From: Candidatus Yanofskybacteria bacterium
GTDB lineage: Bacteria; Patescibacteriota; Minisyncoccia; 2-02-FULL-40-12; IGHO2-12-FULL-4
Assembly (NCBI GenBank): GCA_016185525.1
Contig: JACPNK010000007.1
Coordinates: 23,008-87,007, forward strand
Direction of reading: 5' to 3'
DNA: 64,000 nt
The first letter of the stretch is position 1, and each line of letters opens with the position of its first letter. The notes under the pieces are model-generated. The model saw only the letters and a program-made list of their open reading frames with translations. It did not search any database and had not been told where the DNA came from. Positions 48,755-59,486 of the stretch are shown piece after piece. The translations under genes and the position numbers were made by a program.

Positions 48755-51139
48755 TTGGTAAAAATTAAAAATGTTGCCAAGGAGATTAATTTAAGAGGAA
48801 CACCAAGGTCCGACCTTGGGGAGGGAAATTTAACGCCGATATTTTCTTTGCCGACCTGCCCGCCAGTCGCCTTGGCTTCAGGCCATGGCAGGCGGGGTTT
48901 GCGTGCTGTTGAAGTTAAAAAAACTCAAAATCGTGACGAACTAGTTAACGAGTTACATAGTGAATTACAAAAAAAGGATGAACTAGAGTTTGTCTTAGCT
49001 GAAGTGGGCGGGATGATGCATAAGAATGGTTTAAAAGAGAGCTTTAGAAAAAATATTCCTGTGCCGAGAGTGGAAAATATAGCCTTGGCCGAGTTAACTG
49101 TTTCGCCGGCGGCCAGAGAGATGGAAGTGCGGTTAGAGAATTTTCAGAATCTCGCGTCATCCGATGACGCGAGTGCCAATTATTCTAATTTACTTAATCA
49201 AGTCCCAACAACCAATGCGGGTATCCAGAAAGAACAGCGGACTCAAAGACGATATTTATCAAGGTTAAAACTTACTGCTTTTGGCGTATTGCTTATTGCT
49301 TTTGTTTTTTTCGGGCTTTTTAAACTAAAAAATAACTTACAGACAGAAGTAGCACAGAGCGGAAATGAGGCTGTTGAAAATCTGGAAACGGCCAAGGCGG
49401 ATATTGAAAAATTTGATTTTGCTTCGGCTGCCAGACATTTTGCTTTGGCTTATGAAAGTTTTTCCAGCGCTTCTTCTGATTTAAATTTACTGGGAAATTC
49501 GCTCTCTTCTTTTTTGGGCGAGATTCCCGGATTCGGTAAACTTAAATCGGTCCAGAACTTATCTAAAGCGGGAGCAAATGTGGCAGAGGCGGGCAAGACT
49601 CTCTCTCTGGCGGTTGACAGTTTTTATCGCTCCAACCTGGCTTCTGAAAAAAAATCTTTTTTGGACTTCATCACTCCGCTTAAAGCCTCTTTGACTTCCG
49701 CTCAAGGGCAGGTCAAATTGGCCAGTCAACTCTTGGCTGATATTGACGAAAGTGCGATACCGGAAGAAAAAAAAGAATCTTTTTTGAATTTTAGTTCCAA
49801 GCTGCCTGATTTGCAGAACTTTGTGGACGGAGCATTGAATTATGCCGGATTTCTGTCGGAAGTGGTGGGAGAGTCGGGGCCTAAAAAATACCTGATTCTT
49901 TTCCAGAACAATACCGAGTTAAGGCCGACCGGCGGATTTGTCGGCAGTTACGCCTTGGCCGACTTTTCCAGAGGGTTTTTAAGAGACTTGAAAGTTGAAG
50001 ATGTTTACCATACGGACGGGCAGGCCAAAAAAAATATCATTCCGCCGAAAGAACTTCAGCATATAACCCCGAATTGGGGCATGAGGGATGCTAACTGGTT
50101 TGTTAACTTTCCAGATTCAGCGCGCAAAGTGATGGAGATGTATACCGAGAACGACGGCGGACCGTTGGTGGACGGAGTTTTAAGTATTACTCCGGACGTC
50201 ATCTTGAAAATTTTGGAAATAACCGGCCCGATTGGACTCCCGGAATACGGCCGGACGATTGACAGTAAAAACTTTTTGGCCGAAATTCAGGAGGAGGTGG
50301 AATATGGAGAAAACAGGGAAAAACCCAAACAGATTCTGGTTGACTTTATGCCAAAGTTTATGGAGATACTGGGCCGACAAGACAAGGAAAAATGGCTGGA
50401 GATTATTAAAATTTTGGCGGCAAGCGTGGAGCAAAAGCATATTCTCGCCTATTTTAAAAATTCTTCTTTAGAGAAAGCGGCAACTGACAATGGTTTTGGC
50501 GGCGAAGTCGTAGAGACAGACGGAGACTTCCTTATGGTCGCGCACAGCAATGTAAAAGGCTCAAAGACGGACGCGGTGATTGATAATTCTTATGAACTGG
50601 ACTCTTGGCTGTCGGAAGATGGTTTTGTTGAACACGAGTTAAAGATTAAGAGAAAACACAACGGCGGAAAAACAAAACTAGGTTTTTATAACAGGACTAA
50701 TTATGACTTTGTCAGGGTTTTGGTGCCGGAAGGCTCGGTCTTGTCAGAGATAAGAGGCAATTACAAAGCCAACTTTAAACCACTTATAGATTATAAAGAA
50801 AGCGCTACTTTTGTGACAGACGCAGACTTGGAAAATTATGAGAGTAGCCCAAAAGAAAGCGGAAAAAGCGTTTTTAGTTTTTGGCTTAAGCTTGAACCGG
50901 GACAATCTCAAGAAGTGGTTTTAGAATATCGGACGCCGATTAATGTTGGTGCCGGTAACTACACTCTTTTGGTCCAAAAACAGCCTGGTACAACTGATGA
51001 CGAATTTAATTTTATCTTCCAGCTGCCTGCGGGAAAGAAGGTAACTTACAAGTATCCTGAACTTGCCACTCAAGATGATGTAGTGTATTTTGACACTTAT
51101 CTTTTGAAAGACTTGGTTATCGGGCTTAAATTGCAATAA
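48755..51139 (+). CDS. Large membrane-anchored extracytoplasmic protein, possibly DUF4012-like (start uncertain)
   Basis: TM helix (LTAFGVLLIAFVFFGLF) after a coiled-coil region, and an RPTGGFVGSYA motif. The first in-frame ATG is at 49013; the ORF track uses TTG at 48755. Confidence 0.45.
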   Translation: MVKIKNVAKEINLRGTPRSDLGEGNLTPIFSLPTCPPVALASGHGRRGLRAVEVKKTQNRDELVNELHSELQKKDELEFVLAEVGGMMHKNGLKESFRKNIPVPRVENIALAELTVSPAAREMEVRLENFQNLASSDDASANYSNLLNQVPTTNAGIQKEQRTQRRYLSRLKLTAFGVLLIAFVFFGLFKLKNNLQTEVAQSGNEAVENLETAKADIEKFDFASAARHFALAYESFSSASSDLNLLGNSLSSFLGEIPGFGKLKSVQNLSKAGANVAEAGKTLSLAVDSFYRSNLASEKKSFLDFITPLKASLTSAQGQVKLASQLLADIDESAIPEEKKESFLNFSSKLPDLQNFVDGALNYAGFLSEVVGESGPKKYLILFQNNTELRPTGGFVGSYALADFSRGFLRDLKVEDVYHTDGQAKKNIIPPKELQHITPNWGMRDANWFVNFPDSARKVMEMYTENDGGPLVDGVLSITPDVILKILEITGPIGLPEYGRTIDSKNFLAEIQEEVEYGENREKPKQILVDFMPKFMEILGRQDKEKWLEIIKILAASVEQKHILAYFKNSSLEKAATDNGFGGEVVETDGDFLMVAHSNVKGSKTDAVIDNSYELDSWLSEDGFVEHELKIKRKHNGGKTKLGFYNRTNYDFVRVLVPEGSVLSEIRGNYKANFKPLIDYKESATFVTDADLENYESSPKESGKSVFSFWLKLEPGQSQEVVLEYRTPINVGAGNYTLLVQKQPGTTDDEFNFIFQLPAGKKVTYKYPELATQDDVVYFDTYLLKDLVIGLKLQ

Positions 51140-51250
51140 AAACTTTTACGTAAAGTTTAATAGGTGCAGTTGATAGCCGCTGACACATTGACATCTTTAC
51201 TTGTTTCAGGTATTATTAGTTAGAAGTTGAACATTAAAAAGGAGTCGGCG

Positions 51251-51712
51251 ATGAATGAAGCCAAGGAAGTTAAGCTGAATAAAATTGATGATAGTACCTA
51301 TGGTTCAAGCAAGCCTGGTAATAATGAAGAACTAGTCTTTTGCCCAAAATGTTCTTCTTTGTTTACTAGTGGCGAGATGAAGAAAGCTTACCAAGAGTAT
51401 ATAAGGCTGAAAGGGGAAGCTCAAAAGGAAAAAGCGTTGAAAGATGCTTTCAGCGCAGAATTTGCTTCGGAAATTAGTATGTTTAATAGGAATCATAAAA
51501 TTCTTGCAGTTTTTCCTTACTCAATTCTTTTCGGTATTTTTTTGATGCCTTTTGTTTTAGGTTGGGGTAGTTACATTCTTAATTTTTGGCTTCCGATAGC
51601 TGTGACTGTGGCTATAGTCGTAGCCACAGGAAATGCATTTTACGCTTTCATGTTTATCAAACGAAAAGATAAGCTTTTTCAAGAGTTTAAGGCAAAGCAT
51701 CCCAAATTTTAA
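51251..51712 (+). CDS. Hypothetical protein with a CxxC element and two C-terminal TM helices
   Basis: AAAAAGGAG RBS 6 nt before the ATG at 51251. Confidence 0.45.
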   Translation: MNEAKEVKLNKIDDSTYGSSKPGNNEELVFCPKCSSLFTSGEMKKAYQEYIRLKGEAQKEKALKDAFSAEFASEISMFNRNHKILAVFPYSILFGIFLMPFVLGWGSYILNFWLPIAVTVAIVVATGNAFYAFMFIKRKDKLFQEFKAKHPKF

Positions 51713-51746
51713 AAGCGATCGCAAGGTCGTTTTTTGATTTACAAAA

Positions 51747-52475
51747 TTACAATGGGCATCTTTGCAAGGATTGCAAAGATGCCCATTGTAATTGTATGAT
51801 TGGTTACATATGAACTATAGAGATTATAAACAATTCGGAGTAGGCAAATACTACCATATTTTTAATAGGGGCAATGAAAAGAAAAATATTTTTATTGACG
51901 AGAGCGATTTCAGCTTTTTTATAACCAGACTAAAACAAAACTTATTTCCTGATGACAAATTAAAAACACGCATTCGTCTATTGCCACCAAATTCTTTTTC
52001 TTTGGTTTGTTATTGTTTAATGCCAAATCATTTTCATTTTCTAATCAGACAAAACAAAGAAATACCCATAAGCAAACTTATGGCAAAATTGTGTACTAGC
52101 TATTCGAAATATTTTAACAAAAGATATGATAGAGTAGGTCATGTTTTTCAGGACCAATTTAAACAAGTTTCAGTTAGCGGTAATTCTTATCTGACTTGGC
52201 TTTCGTGTTATATTCATCAAAACCCGAAAATTTCAGGTTTGGTAAATAGAGCTACTGACTATAATTGGAGTAGTTACGCCGAGTTTGTTAAGCCTTCCGG
52301 TTTTTCAATTTGCGAAAAAGATATTGTCCTCAGTCAATTTAAAAATGTAGCTCATTATGAAAATTTCGTTGAGAGTAGCTATGAGACCATAAAGAAGAGG
52401 AAAGATCTTGGCGAATTTCTACTTAACTAAACAATGGGCATCTTTGCAAGGACTGCAAAGATGCCCATTGTAGGC
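51747..52475 (+). mobile_element. IS200/IS605-family (Y1 HUH transposase) element bounded by near-identical roughly 40-bp palindromes
   Basis: Left palindrome: aattacaatgggcatctttgcaaggattgcaaagatgcccattgtaatt (51747-51795). Right palindrome: caatgggcatctttgcaaggactgcaaagatgcccattg (52433-52471). The TnpA ORF lies between them. Confidence 0.75.
51810..52430 (+). CDS. tnpA: IS200-like / REP-associated tyrosine transposase (TnpA, Y1 HUH)
   Basis: YHIFNRGNEKKNIF...CYCLMPNHFHFLIRQ (HuH motif) ... catalytic Tyr region. The ATG at 51810 is preferred over the TTG at 51792. Confidence 0.75.
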   Translation: MNYRDYKQFGVGKYYHIFNRGNEKKNIFIDESDFSFFITRLKQNLFPDDKLKTRIRLLPPNSFSLVCYCLMPNHFHFLIRQNKEIPISKLMAKLCTSYSKYFNKRYDRVGHVFQDQFKQVSVSGNSYLTWLSCYIHQNPKISGLVNRATDYNWSSYAEFVKPSGFSICEKDIVLSQFKNVAHYENFVESSYETIKKRKDLGEFLLN

Positions 52476-52477
52476 TT

Positions 52478-54343
52478 ATGCAAAATATCCGCAATTTTGC
52501 AATTATCGCTCATATTGATCACGGAAAATCAACTTTAGCTGATCGGCTTTTGGAATTGACGGGGACGATAGAGAAAAGAAAAATGCAGGAGCAGTTTTTG
52601 GATACGATGGAGCTGGAAAGAGAAAGAGGAATTACCATAAAACTTCAACCGGTAAGGATGATGTATAGGCTGTCTAAAGACCAAAGTCCAAAGTCTAAGG
52701 TGGAAGTCCCTGGCTTTAGCCATTCGACTTTAGACTTTAGTCAGGAATATGTTTTGAATTTGATTGATACGCCGGGGCATGTGGACTTTACTTATGAAGT
52801 TTCTCGCTCGCTGGCGGCGGTGGAGGGGGTGATTTTATTGGTGGATGCGACGCAGGGTGTGCAGGCGCAGACTTTGGCTAACTTGGTTTTGGCCCAAAAA
52901 CTGAAACTGGCAATAATTCCCGTGATCAATAAAATTGACTTGCCGAATGCCAGAGTCAAAGAAGTTGAAGAAGAAATTTTCAATTTGCTGGGGGTGGGTC
53001 CGGACGAGATTCTCAAGATATCAGCCAAGACCGGCGAGGGAGTCAAGGAAGTTCTTGAGGCAGTGATTGAGCGTGTTCCTCCGGCGCCGACCGGTGACGG
53101 CGAATTCAGGGCTCTAATTTTTGACTCGGTTTTTGACACTTACAAAGGGGTTATTGCTTTTGTCAGAGTTTTCGGCGGCTCCTTGAAGGCGGGTGATGAG
53201 ATCAAGCTTTTTGCGGCAAAAGAAAAGGGCGAAGCGTTGGAAGTCGGGTACTTTTCGCCTAAACTTCAAAAGAACCAGGAGCTTACTAGCGGGGAAATAG
53301 GTTATGTGGCGACTGGCATAAAGTTGCCCCAAAAAGTCAGGGTTGGCGATACGATAATGAAAAGTAACTCTAGCGCCATAGCCTTGCCGGGGTATCAGGA
53401 TCCCTTGCTTGTTGTCTTCGCCAGTTTTTATCCAGAAGATTCTGATCAGTTTGACGACTTAAAAGACGCTTTGGGTAAATTGAAGTTAACTGATGCTTCG
53501 CTTTCTTTTGAACCGGAAAGCTCACCGGCCTTAGGGCGGGGTTTCCGTCTTGGATTTTTGGGTTTGCTTCACATAGAGATTATAAGCGAGAGACTGAAGA
53601 GAGAGTTCGGTCTTGGTCTGATAATTTCTTCGCCGACAGTTGAGTACGAAATGACTCTGAAAAAAGGGCAAGCAATAAAAATACGCTCGGCCAATCAAGT
53701 TCCCGACCCTACTTTTATTGAAAAAATAAGAGAGCCAATCAGTCTGTTGAATATAATTACACCTTTGGCCTACTTGGGTTCAGTTATGAAGCTTATCGGC
53801 GAGATCAGGAGCAGTTACAAGGAGACAAATTATTTAAGCAAAGAAATTGTGCGTTTGGTTTACGAGGTGCCGCTTAGCGAAATTATTACCGATTTTTATG
53901 ATCGTCTTAAGAGTGTCAGTTCCGGTTATGCCTCAATGAGCTATGAACCAACTGGCTACAATGAGGCTGATTTGATAAGATTGGATATATTGATTGCCGG
54001 TGACAAAGTTGAACCTTTTTCTAAAATTGTGCCCAGAGACCAAGCCGAAAGAGTCGGTCGGGCGATGGTTGAGAAACTCAAGGACGTGATACCTCAACAG
54101 CTTTTTGCAGTTTCTCTGCAGGCAGCGGTTGGCGGTCCTTCGACAGGCTCAGGACATGGCAAAATTATTGCCAGAGAAACGATAAAGGCCAGAAGAAAAG
54201 ATGTTACCGGTTATCTTTATGGCGGAGACGTTACCAGAAAAAAGAAGCTTTTGGAGAAACAAAAAAGGGGTAAGGAAAGGATGAAGGAAGAAGGCGGGGT
54301 AAACATTCCTCAAAAAGTCTTTTTGGAGATGTTAAAAAAATAG
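52478..54343 (+). CDS. lepA: Elongation factor 4 (LepA)
   Basis: IRNFAIIAHIDHGKSTLADRLL plus the LepA-specific C-terminal domain. Confidence 0.92.
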   Translation: MQNIRNFAIIAHIDHGKSTLADRLLELTGTIEKRKMQEQFLDTMELERERGITIKLQPVRMMYRLSKDQSPKSKVEVPGFSHSTLDFSQEYVLNLIDTPGHVDFTYEVSRSLAAVEGVILLVDATQGVQAQTLANLVLAQKLKLAIIPVINKIDLPNARVKEVEEEIFNLLGVGPDEILKISAKTGEGVKEVLEAVIERVPPAPTGDGEFRALIFDSVFDTYKGVIAFVRVFGGSLKAGDEIKLFAAKEKGEALEVGYFSPKLQKNQELTSGEIGYVATGIKLPQKVRVGDTIMKSNSSAIALPGYQDPLLVVFASFYPEDSDQFDDLKDALGKLKLTDASLSFEPESSPALGRGFRLGFLGLLHIEIISERLKREFGLGLIISSPTVEYEMTLKKGQAIKIRSANQVPDPTFIEKIREPISLLNIITPLAYLGSVMKLIGEIRSSYKETNYLSKEIVRLVYEVPLSEIITDFYDRLKSVSSGYASMSYEPTGYNEADLIRLDILIAGDKVEPFSKIVPRDQAERVGRAMVEKLKDVIPQQLFAVSLQAAVGGPSTGSGHGKIIARETIKARRKDVTGYLYGGDVTRKKKLLEKQKRGKERMKEEGGVNIPQKVFLEMLKK

Positions 54344-54447
54344 CATGTTCAGCAAAAAGTTTATAAAAATAATCTCAATCGTGGTTGCTGTTCTGGTTAT
54401 AGTGAGTATGACCATCTTTTTAGTTTTACCAGTTTTTTATTACTAAA

Positions 54448-54822
54448 ATGCCAGGCTTTCTTAAGTCCAAATTTTTTACAATCCTGATTTTGGCGGGAGT
54501 GTTTTTTTTGTCTATCTCTCTTGTCCGTGTCTATCCGCAGAAAATAGCAGTTGAGAAACATTTAGAAAGCCTTGAGGACAAAATAAAGGAAATTGAGCGT
54601 TCCAACTCCTCTTTAGCCAAACTTATGGCTTACTTTAAAAGTCCGGCTTATTTGGAGCGCGAGTCAAAATTAAAACTCAATGTCCGTCGTCCGGATGAAA
54701 ATGTCGTTTTTATTTTTCAAGATGAAAAAGAGGCGATAGTTAAAGAGGAAAAAAGTATAAGTTTACCGGACTTGGAAGGTCTGACTAATTTTGAAAAGTG
54801 GACGAAGTATCTGTTTAAATAA
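54448..54822 (+). CDS. ftsB: Septum formation initiator (FtsB/DivIC-like)
   Basis: 124 aa with an N-terminal TM helix then a coiled coil (LESLEDKIKEIERSNSSLAKL). Confidence 0.55.
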   Translation: MPGFLKSKFFTILILAGVFFLSISLVRVYPQKIAVEKHLESLEDKIKEIERSNSSLAKLMAYFKSPAYLERESKLKLNVRRPDENVVFIFQDEKEAIVKEEKSISLPDLEGLTNFEKWTKYLFK

Positions 54823-54882
54823 GTCTCGCCTTTGCGAGTTTTTGCGGGCTTCGCTCGCCAAAGCTCGCTTCGGCGAGCGAAG

Positions 54883-54953
54883 GCGGGCGTCGTATAGTGG
54901 CAATACATTAGCTTCCCAAGCTAAGGACGGGAGTCCGATTCTCCTCGCCCGCT
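54883..54953 (+). tRNA. tRNA-Gly (anticodon CCC), CCA not encoded
   Basis: Acceptor GCGGGCG/CGCCCGC. D arm GTAT-AGTGGCA-ATAC. Anticodon arm TTAGC-TTCCCAA-GCTAA. T arm GGGAG-TCCGATT-CTCCT. Discriminator U. Confidence 0.8.
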
Positions 54954-55110
54954 CAAAAAGATAATTTTTTCTAAAAATTCTCAAATAAGTCAGTAGTCAT
55001 CTTAATTTTCAGAGGTTCGAACCTTGTGTTTTTTGATTTATGAGTAAAGTTATAAAAAGTTACGATTTACTATGCAATATCTATGCTTCTAAGAGGTCCG
55101 AACCTAAAAA

Positions 55111-55139
55111 CAAAGCCCTTCGTTCTAAGAAGGGCATAT
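55111..55139 (-). terminator. Hairpin gcccttc-ttagaac-gaagggc followed by a U-run on the minus strand
   Basis: Read from the reverse complement. Confidence 0.5.
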
Positions 55140-55149
55140 ACAGCAAACT

Positions 55150-55524
55150 CTAGCTCATAAATACACAGTCGGGTTCCAGATATGAAACCCCATCTTCATC
55201 TACACGGTACTTTAGTCGTGCTCCGCCGCCAGACAGAGTTGCAACGTCTTCAAATGCTATTAAAGCCGTTATCTCAAACTCGGTTTGAGCCGTAGAAAAA
55301 TCGGTAATGGTAAATATCCCATATCGCCTGCCGTAAGAATATTTTTCAAATATCTTGTCCAGAGGTGCTTCGGTTTCTAAATCTTCAGGAACATATAGAC
55401 CGCCTGGTCTGTGTTCATGATTAGCTTTTAAATCTCTTAGGATGTTTCTGAAAACATTTTCGTTATCCCTGGCGGCTTGCCTATAATCTTGGACAGGATA
55501 CATACGGAGTTCCCCCTTCAACAT
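55150..55524 (-). CDS. Hypothetical protein
   Basis: 124 aa ORF followed by a terminator. Confidence 0.4.
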   Translation of the reverse strand: MLKGELRMYPVQDYRQAARDNENVFRNILRDLKANHEHRPGGLYVPEDLETEAPLDKIFEKYSYGRRYGIFTITDFSTAQTEFEITALIAFEDVATLSGGGARLKYRVDEDGVSYLEPDCVFMS

Positions 55525-55649
55525 TAAAACATTATATAGTAAAGTTATAAACTAGTCAAGTTTTTAATTGATTTTAGCCACTTCTGCTGTTAAACTAGGT
55601 ATATGAAATAAGTCAGTTGATGACTGGAAATAGGTTCTAATGTCATCCC

Positions 55650-57509
55650 CTAAACGGGGTCTGCAAGATTGTGATTGTTTATAATTTCTGCGATCTCTTT
55701 GCTGTTCAAAGTTTCTTTCTGAAGAAGTTCCTTGACCAAAAAAATTAAAGTTTCTTTGTTTTCATTAAGAATTTTTTCGGCTTTTTCTTTACCCTCTCTC
55801 AAGATTCTGTCTATTTCTTCATCAACCTGCTCGGCTTTCTTCTGGCTGGCGTTAACGCCTGTTTGCGTAGCCATAACTTTTCCTAAAAAAGGATGCTCTG
55901 TGTCTTTGCCGAATGTTCTTAAACCAAGAAGGTCGCTCATGCCGTATTTTGTAACCATCTCCCAAGCTTTTTCCGTTGCAACTTTAAGGTCGTTGGAAGC
56001 GCCGGTTGTCTCTATCTTGAGGAATATTTTTTCCGCGCATCGGCCGGCCATTAAAACGGCAATCTGGCTTTCAAAGTATTGTTTTGAATAGTTATATTTT
56101 TCTTCCGAGGGCAATGTCTGGGTAAGTCCCAGAGACATACCTCGGGGAATAATCGTGACTTTGTGCACCGGGTCGCTTTCAGGAGTAAGGCACGCGACCA
56201 AAGCATGTCCGGCTTCGTGGTAAGCGATGACCTCTTTGTCTTTTTCGGTCATGATCAAGCCTTTTCTTTCCTTGCCCATCATGACTTTTTCTTTGGCTTC
56301 CTCAAGGTCAGACGGTGTGACGCTTTTTCTGTCATATTTGGTGGCGTTCAGACTGGCTTCGTTTATCAAGTTGGCAAGTTGAGCTCCGGAAAAACCCGGC
56401 GTCCCTCTGGCGATGACTGAAAGATTCACATCTTCGGCTAAGGGTACATTTTGGCTGTGGACTTTCAGTATGGCCTCTCTGCCTCTGACGTCCGGCAAGG
56501 GGACAACTACTTCTCGGTCAAACCGGCCCGGTCTTAAGAGCGCTGGGTCAAGAACGTCCGGTCGGTTTGTAGCGGCTAAGATAATTACTCCCTTTTCCGA
56601 TTCAAAGCCATCCATTTTAACCAATAGTTGATTTAAAGTTTGTTCCCGTTCATCGTGGCCTCCGCCCAAGCCGGTGCCGCGGTGTCGTCCGATGGCGTCA
56701 AGTTCATCAATGAATACTATGCAAGGAGCGTGCTTTTTGCTTTGTTCAAACAGATCCCTTACTCTGGACGCTCCCACACCAACGAACATTTCCACAAAAT
56801 CTGAACCGCTGATTGAGAAAAACGGCACGTCAGCTTCACCGGCCACGGCTCTGGCTAAAAGTGTTTTGCCGGTACCCGGCGCGCCTACCAATAGCACCCC
56901 TTTGGGTATGTGGCCGCCCAGTCTTTGAAATCTTCCCGGATCTTTGAGGAATTGGATTATTTCAGTCAGCTCCTCTTTCGCCTCATCTACTCCGGCCACA
57001 TCCTGGAAAGTTACTTTTTTGTCCTGGTTGGGAGCAAAAAGTTTGGCCTTGCTTTGTCCGAAGGAAGAGAGTCCCTTTGAAGAACTGCCTATCCGTTTAG
57101 TCATAAAAATAAAGAAGGCCACAAAAAACAAAAGAGAAAGGAGGGGGAGAATCACATTCAAGTTCAAGATACTTTCTTGTTCCGGCAGGATATTAACCTT
57201 GACATTTTGCGCGGCTAAGCTATCGGCGATTCTGGAGGTTGAGGCCGAGGGGATATGGGTTTTAAAGTTCCTTACTTCTTTGCTGTCAGAGTTTTTATAC
57301 TTACCCTTAACTTCATCCTCATTTATAATGATAACTTCTGTAACTTCCCCTTTCTCAATTTTTTGCTGGAGAACTGTATAGTCAATTTCTTCTTCCGGAA
57401 TACCTCTTTTTCCGGTAAACATAGTTAAGATGAAATAGAACATTCCTATGGCCAAAGTCCAAGCCAAAATATTGCGTAATGTCAGCGGATCTTTTCTTGG
57501 ATCTTTCAT
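55650..57509 (-). CDS. ftsH: ATP-dependent zinc metalloprotease FtsH
   Basis: [18 protein letters not shown] Walker A, SRF and HEAGHA zinc site. Confidence 0.95.
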   Translation of the reverse strand: MKDPRKDPLTLRNILAWTLAIGMFYFILTMFTGKRGIPEEEIDYTVLQQKIEKGEVTEVIIINEDEVKGKYKNSDSKEVRNFKTHIPSASTSRIADSLAAQNVKVNILPEQESILNLNVILPLLSLLFFVAFFIFMTKRIGSSSKGLSSFGQSKAKLFAPNQDKKVTFQDVAGVDEAKEELTEIIQFLKDPGRFQRLGGHIPKGVLLVGAPGTGKTLLARAVAGEADVPFFSISGSDFVEMFVGVGASRVRDLFEQSKKHAPCIVFIDELDAIGRHRGTGLGGGHDEREQTLNQLLVKMDGFESEKGVIILAATNRPDVLDPALLRPGRFDREVVVPLPDVRGREAILKVHSQNVPLAEDVNLSVIARGTPGFSGAQLANLINEASLNATKYDRKSVTPSDLEEAKEKVMMGKERKGLIMTEKDKEVIAYHEAGHALVACLTPESDPVHKVTIIPRGMSLGLTQTLPSEEKYNYSKQYFESQIAVLMAGRCAEKIFLKIETTGASNDLKVATEKAWEMVTKYGMSDLLGLRTFGKDTEHPFLGKVMATQTGVNASQKKAEQVDEEIDRILREGKEKAEKILNENKETLIFLVKELLQKETLNSKEIAEIINNHNLADPV

Positions 57510-57607
57510 TATTCTGCCTTTTTAAAGAACCTTTGATTTTATTGGCTTACTTTACATTAGTGCATAGTATTAGTCAAACTAGAAAGCTTGTAAAATACCG
57601 CTTCTTT

Positions 57608-57741
57608 AGTACGTTCGTCTGCTCCTGCCTGCCTGCCGGCAGGCAGGCGGCAGACTCACTCGCGCTGAAGTTGGGGTTTGCTCGCAGTTATAAGAATAAT
57701 TATACTGCTCGCAACCAAGCAACCCTCAACTTCAGAGCGAC
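57608..57741 (+). repeat. Second copy of the structured element seen at 31378-31544, here with an expanded (cctgcctgcc/ggcaggcagg) hairpin
   Basis: About 90% identity over the shared blocks. It lies in the prfB 5' region. Confidence 0.7.
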
Positions 57742-57771
57742 CGCAGAAGGCAACTGCGTTACAATTTAAAG

Positions 57772-58804
57772 ATGGCCGAAAAAGACACCAAAATAGAAGA
57801 TTTAAAAACTGAACTCCGCCAGCTTGCGGAGCGTCTTTGAGGTTGCTCAAAAGACAGAAAAAATCAAAGAGATTGAGGTAAAAATGCAGGCTTCGGATTT
57901 TTGGAAGGACTACGAATCGGCCCAAAAAATGACCGGTGAGCTAAGTTATTTGAAGAGTGAAGTTGAGGAGGTTGAGAAACTGGAAAAAGACTTTGAAAAT
58001 CCGGAACTTTGGCAGGAAGCAGAAAAAAGACTTAAGTCTTTGAAGCTTAAAACTCTTTTTTCAGGAAAGTATGACAAAAGCAATGCTTTGCTTGAAGTTT
58101 TTTCCGGCGCCGGTGGGATAGATGCCCAGGATTGGGCAGCTATGCTTTTCAAGATGTATCAGCGTTACGCGGAAAAAAATAATTTTAATTTCAGAATTTT
58201 ACATCAGTCTTTCGGAGAGCAGAAAGGTTTAAAGTCGGCTACAGCCGAGATCAAGGGCAAGTTTGCTTACGGTTATTTGAAAGGCGAGTCGGGTGTGCAC
58301 CGCTTAGTCAGAATTTCGCCATTTTCAGCCAAAAACTTGAGACATACTTCATTTGCTTTGGTTGATTTTCTGCCTTTGATTGAGGATGTCAGTTTTCAAG
58401 TCAGAACCGAAGATTTAAAAATAGACACATTCAAGTCGTCCGGTCCCGGCGGTCAGAATGTAAATAAACTGGAGACGGCCGTAAGGGTTACTCATTTGCC
58501 AACCGGTTTGGCGGTGGCGGTGCAATCAGAAAGATCACAGAGTCAAAACAAGGAAAAAGCTTTGCAGGTGCTATACGCTAGGCTGGCGCAGTTAATGGAG
58601 AAACAAAAGATAGAAGAGCTTTCAAAGTTAAAGTCGCAAAAGGAACCGGGCGGCGTGGAGTGGGGCAGTCAGATCAGGTCTTATGTTTTGCATCCTTACA
58701 AATTAGTGAAAGATCACAGAACAGGTGTGGAATCTTCCCAGCCGGAAAAAGTTTTGGACGGAGAATTGGAGGAATTTATTGAAGCAGAAGTCAGTTTATT
58801 ATGA
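57772..58804 (+). CDS. prfB: Peptide chain release factor 2, with programmed +1 frameshift at CUU UGA (57835-57840)
   Basis: Frame 0 from ATG 57772 reads MAEKDTKIEDLKTELRQLAERL then hits an in-frame TGA. An SD-like GGAG lies 3 nt upstream of CTT. The +1 frame continues EVAQKT... through the SPF and GGQ motifs. Confidence 0.9.
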
Positions 58805-59484
58805 TTCATTTTAAAAAAGTAACAAAAAAATATAACCATGATTTCTGGGCTCTTCACGGAGTTGATCTTGAAATTAAAGACGGAGAGTTTGTTTCCCTGG
58901 TCGGACCTTCCGGAGCGGGTAAGTCTACTTTGATAAAGATGCTTATCAAGGAAGACCGGCCTACTTCCGGCCAGATTCTTTTGGACAATGTTGATTTGGC
59001 CGACGTGCCTGATCAGGACATTCCTTTTTTGAGAAGAAAGATCGGAATGATTTTTCAAGATTTTCGTCTGCTTGAGAGCAAAACGGCTTTTGAAAATGTA
59101 GCCTTTGCTTTGGAGGTTTCCGGTGTGCCGGAAGAAAGCATAGCCGAAGACGTAAAACAGGTTTTAACGATTGTCGGCCTTTCAGACAAGCAAAAAAACT
59201 TTCCGCGGGAGCTTTCCGGCGGAGAAAAACAAAGGCTGGCTTTGGCTAGAGCCTTGGTGCACAGGCCAAAGATAATTTTGGCCGATGAACCGACCGGCAA
59301 CTTGGATTTAGTCAACAGCTATGATGTGGTAAAATTACTTTGGCGGATCAATGAACTTGGGACTACGGTGATTCTGGCTACGCATGATGTTCAGATTGTA
59401 AATACGGTGGGCAAGAGGGTGGTGACTATGGAAAAAGGCAAAGTAGTCAGAGATCAGCTTGAGGGCGGGAAATATATAATTTAA
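58801..59484 (+). CDS. ftsE: Cell division ATP-binding protein FtsE
   Basis: ABC ATPase (GPSGAGKST, LSGGEKQR), paired with ftsX. Confidence 0.9.
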   Translation: MIHFKKVTKKYNHDFWALHGVDLEIKDGEFVSLVGPSGAGKSTLIKMLIKEDRPTSGQILLDNVDLADVPDQDIPFLRRKIGMIFQDFRLLESKTAFENVAFALEVSGVPEESIAEDVKQVLTIVGLSDKQKNFPRELSGGEKQRLALARALVHRPKIILADEPTGNLDLVNSYDVVKLLWRINELGTTVILATHDVQIVNTVGKRVVTMEKGKVVRDQLEGGKYII

Positions 59485-59486
59485 AC

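Noticed and set aside
56163-57381. Several 70-145-aa plus-strand ORFs
   Set aside because: All are antisense to ftsH, which is full length with all its motifs intact.
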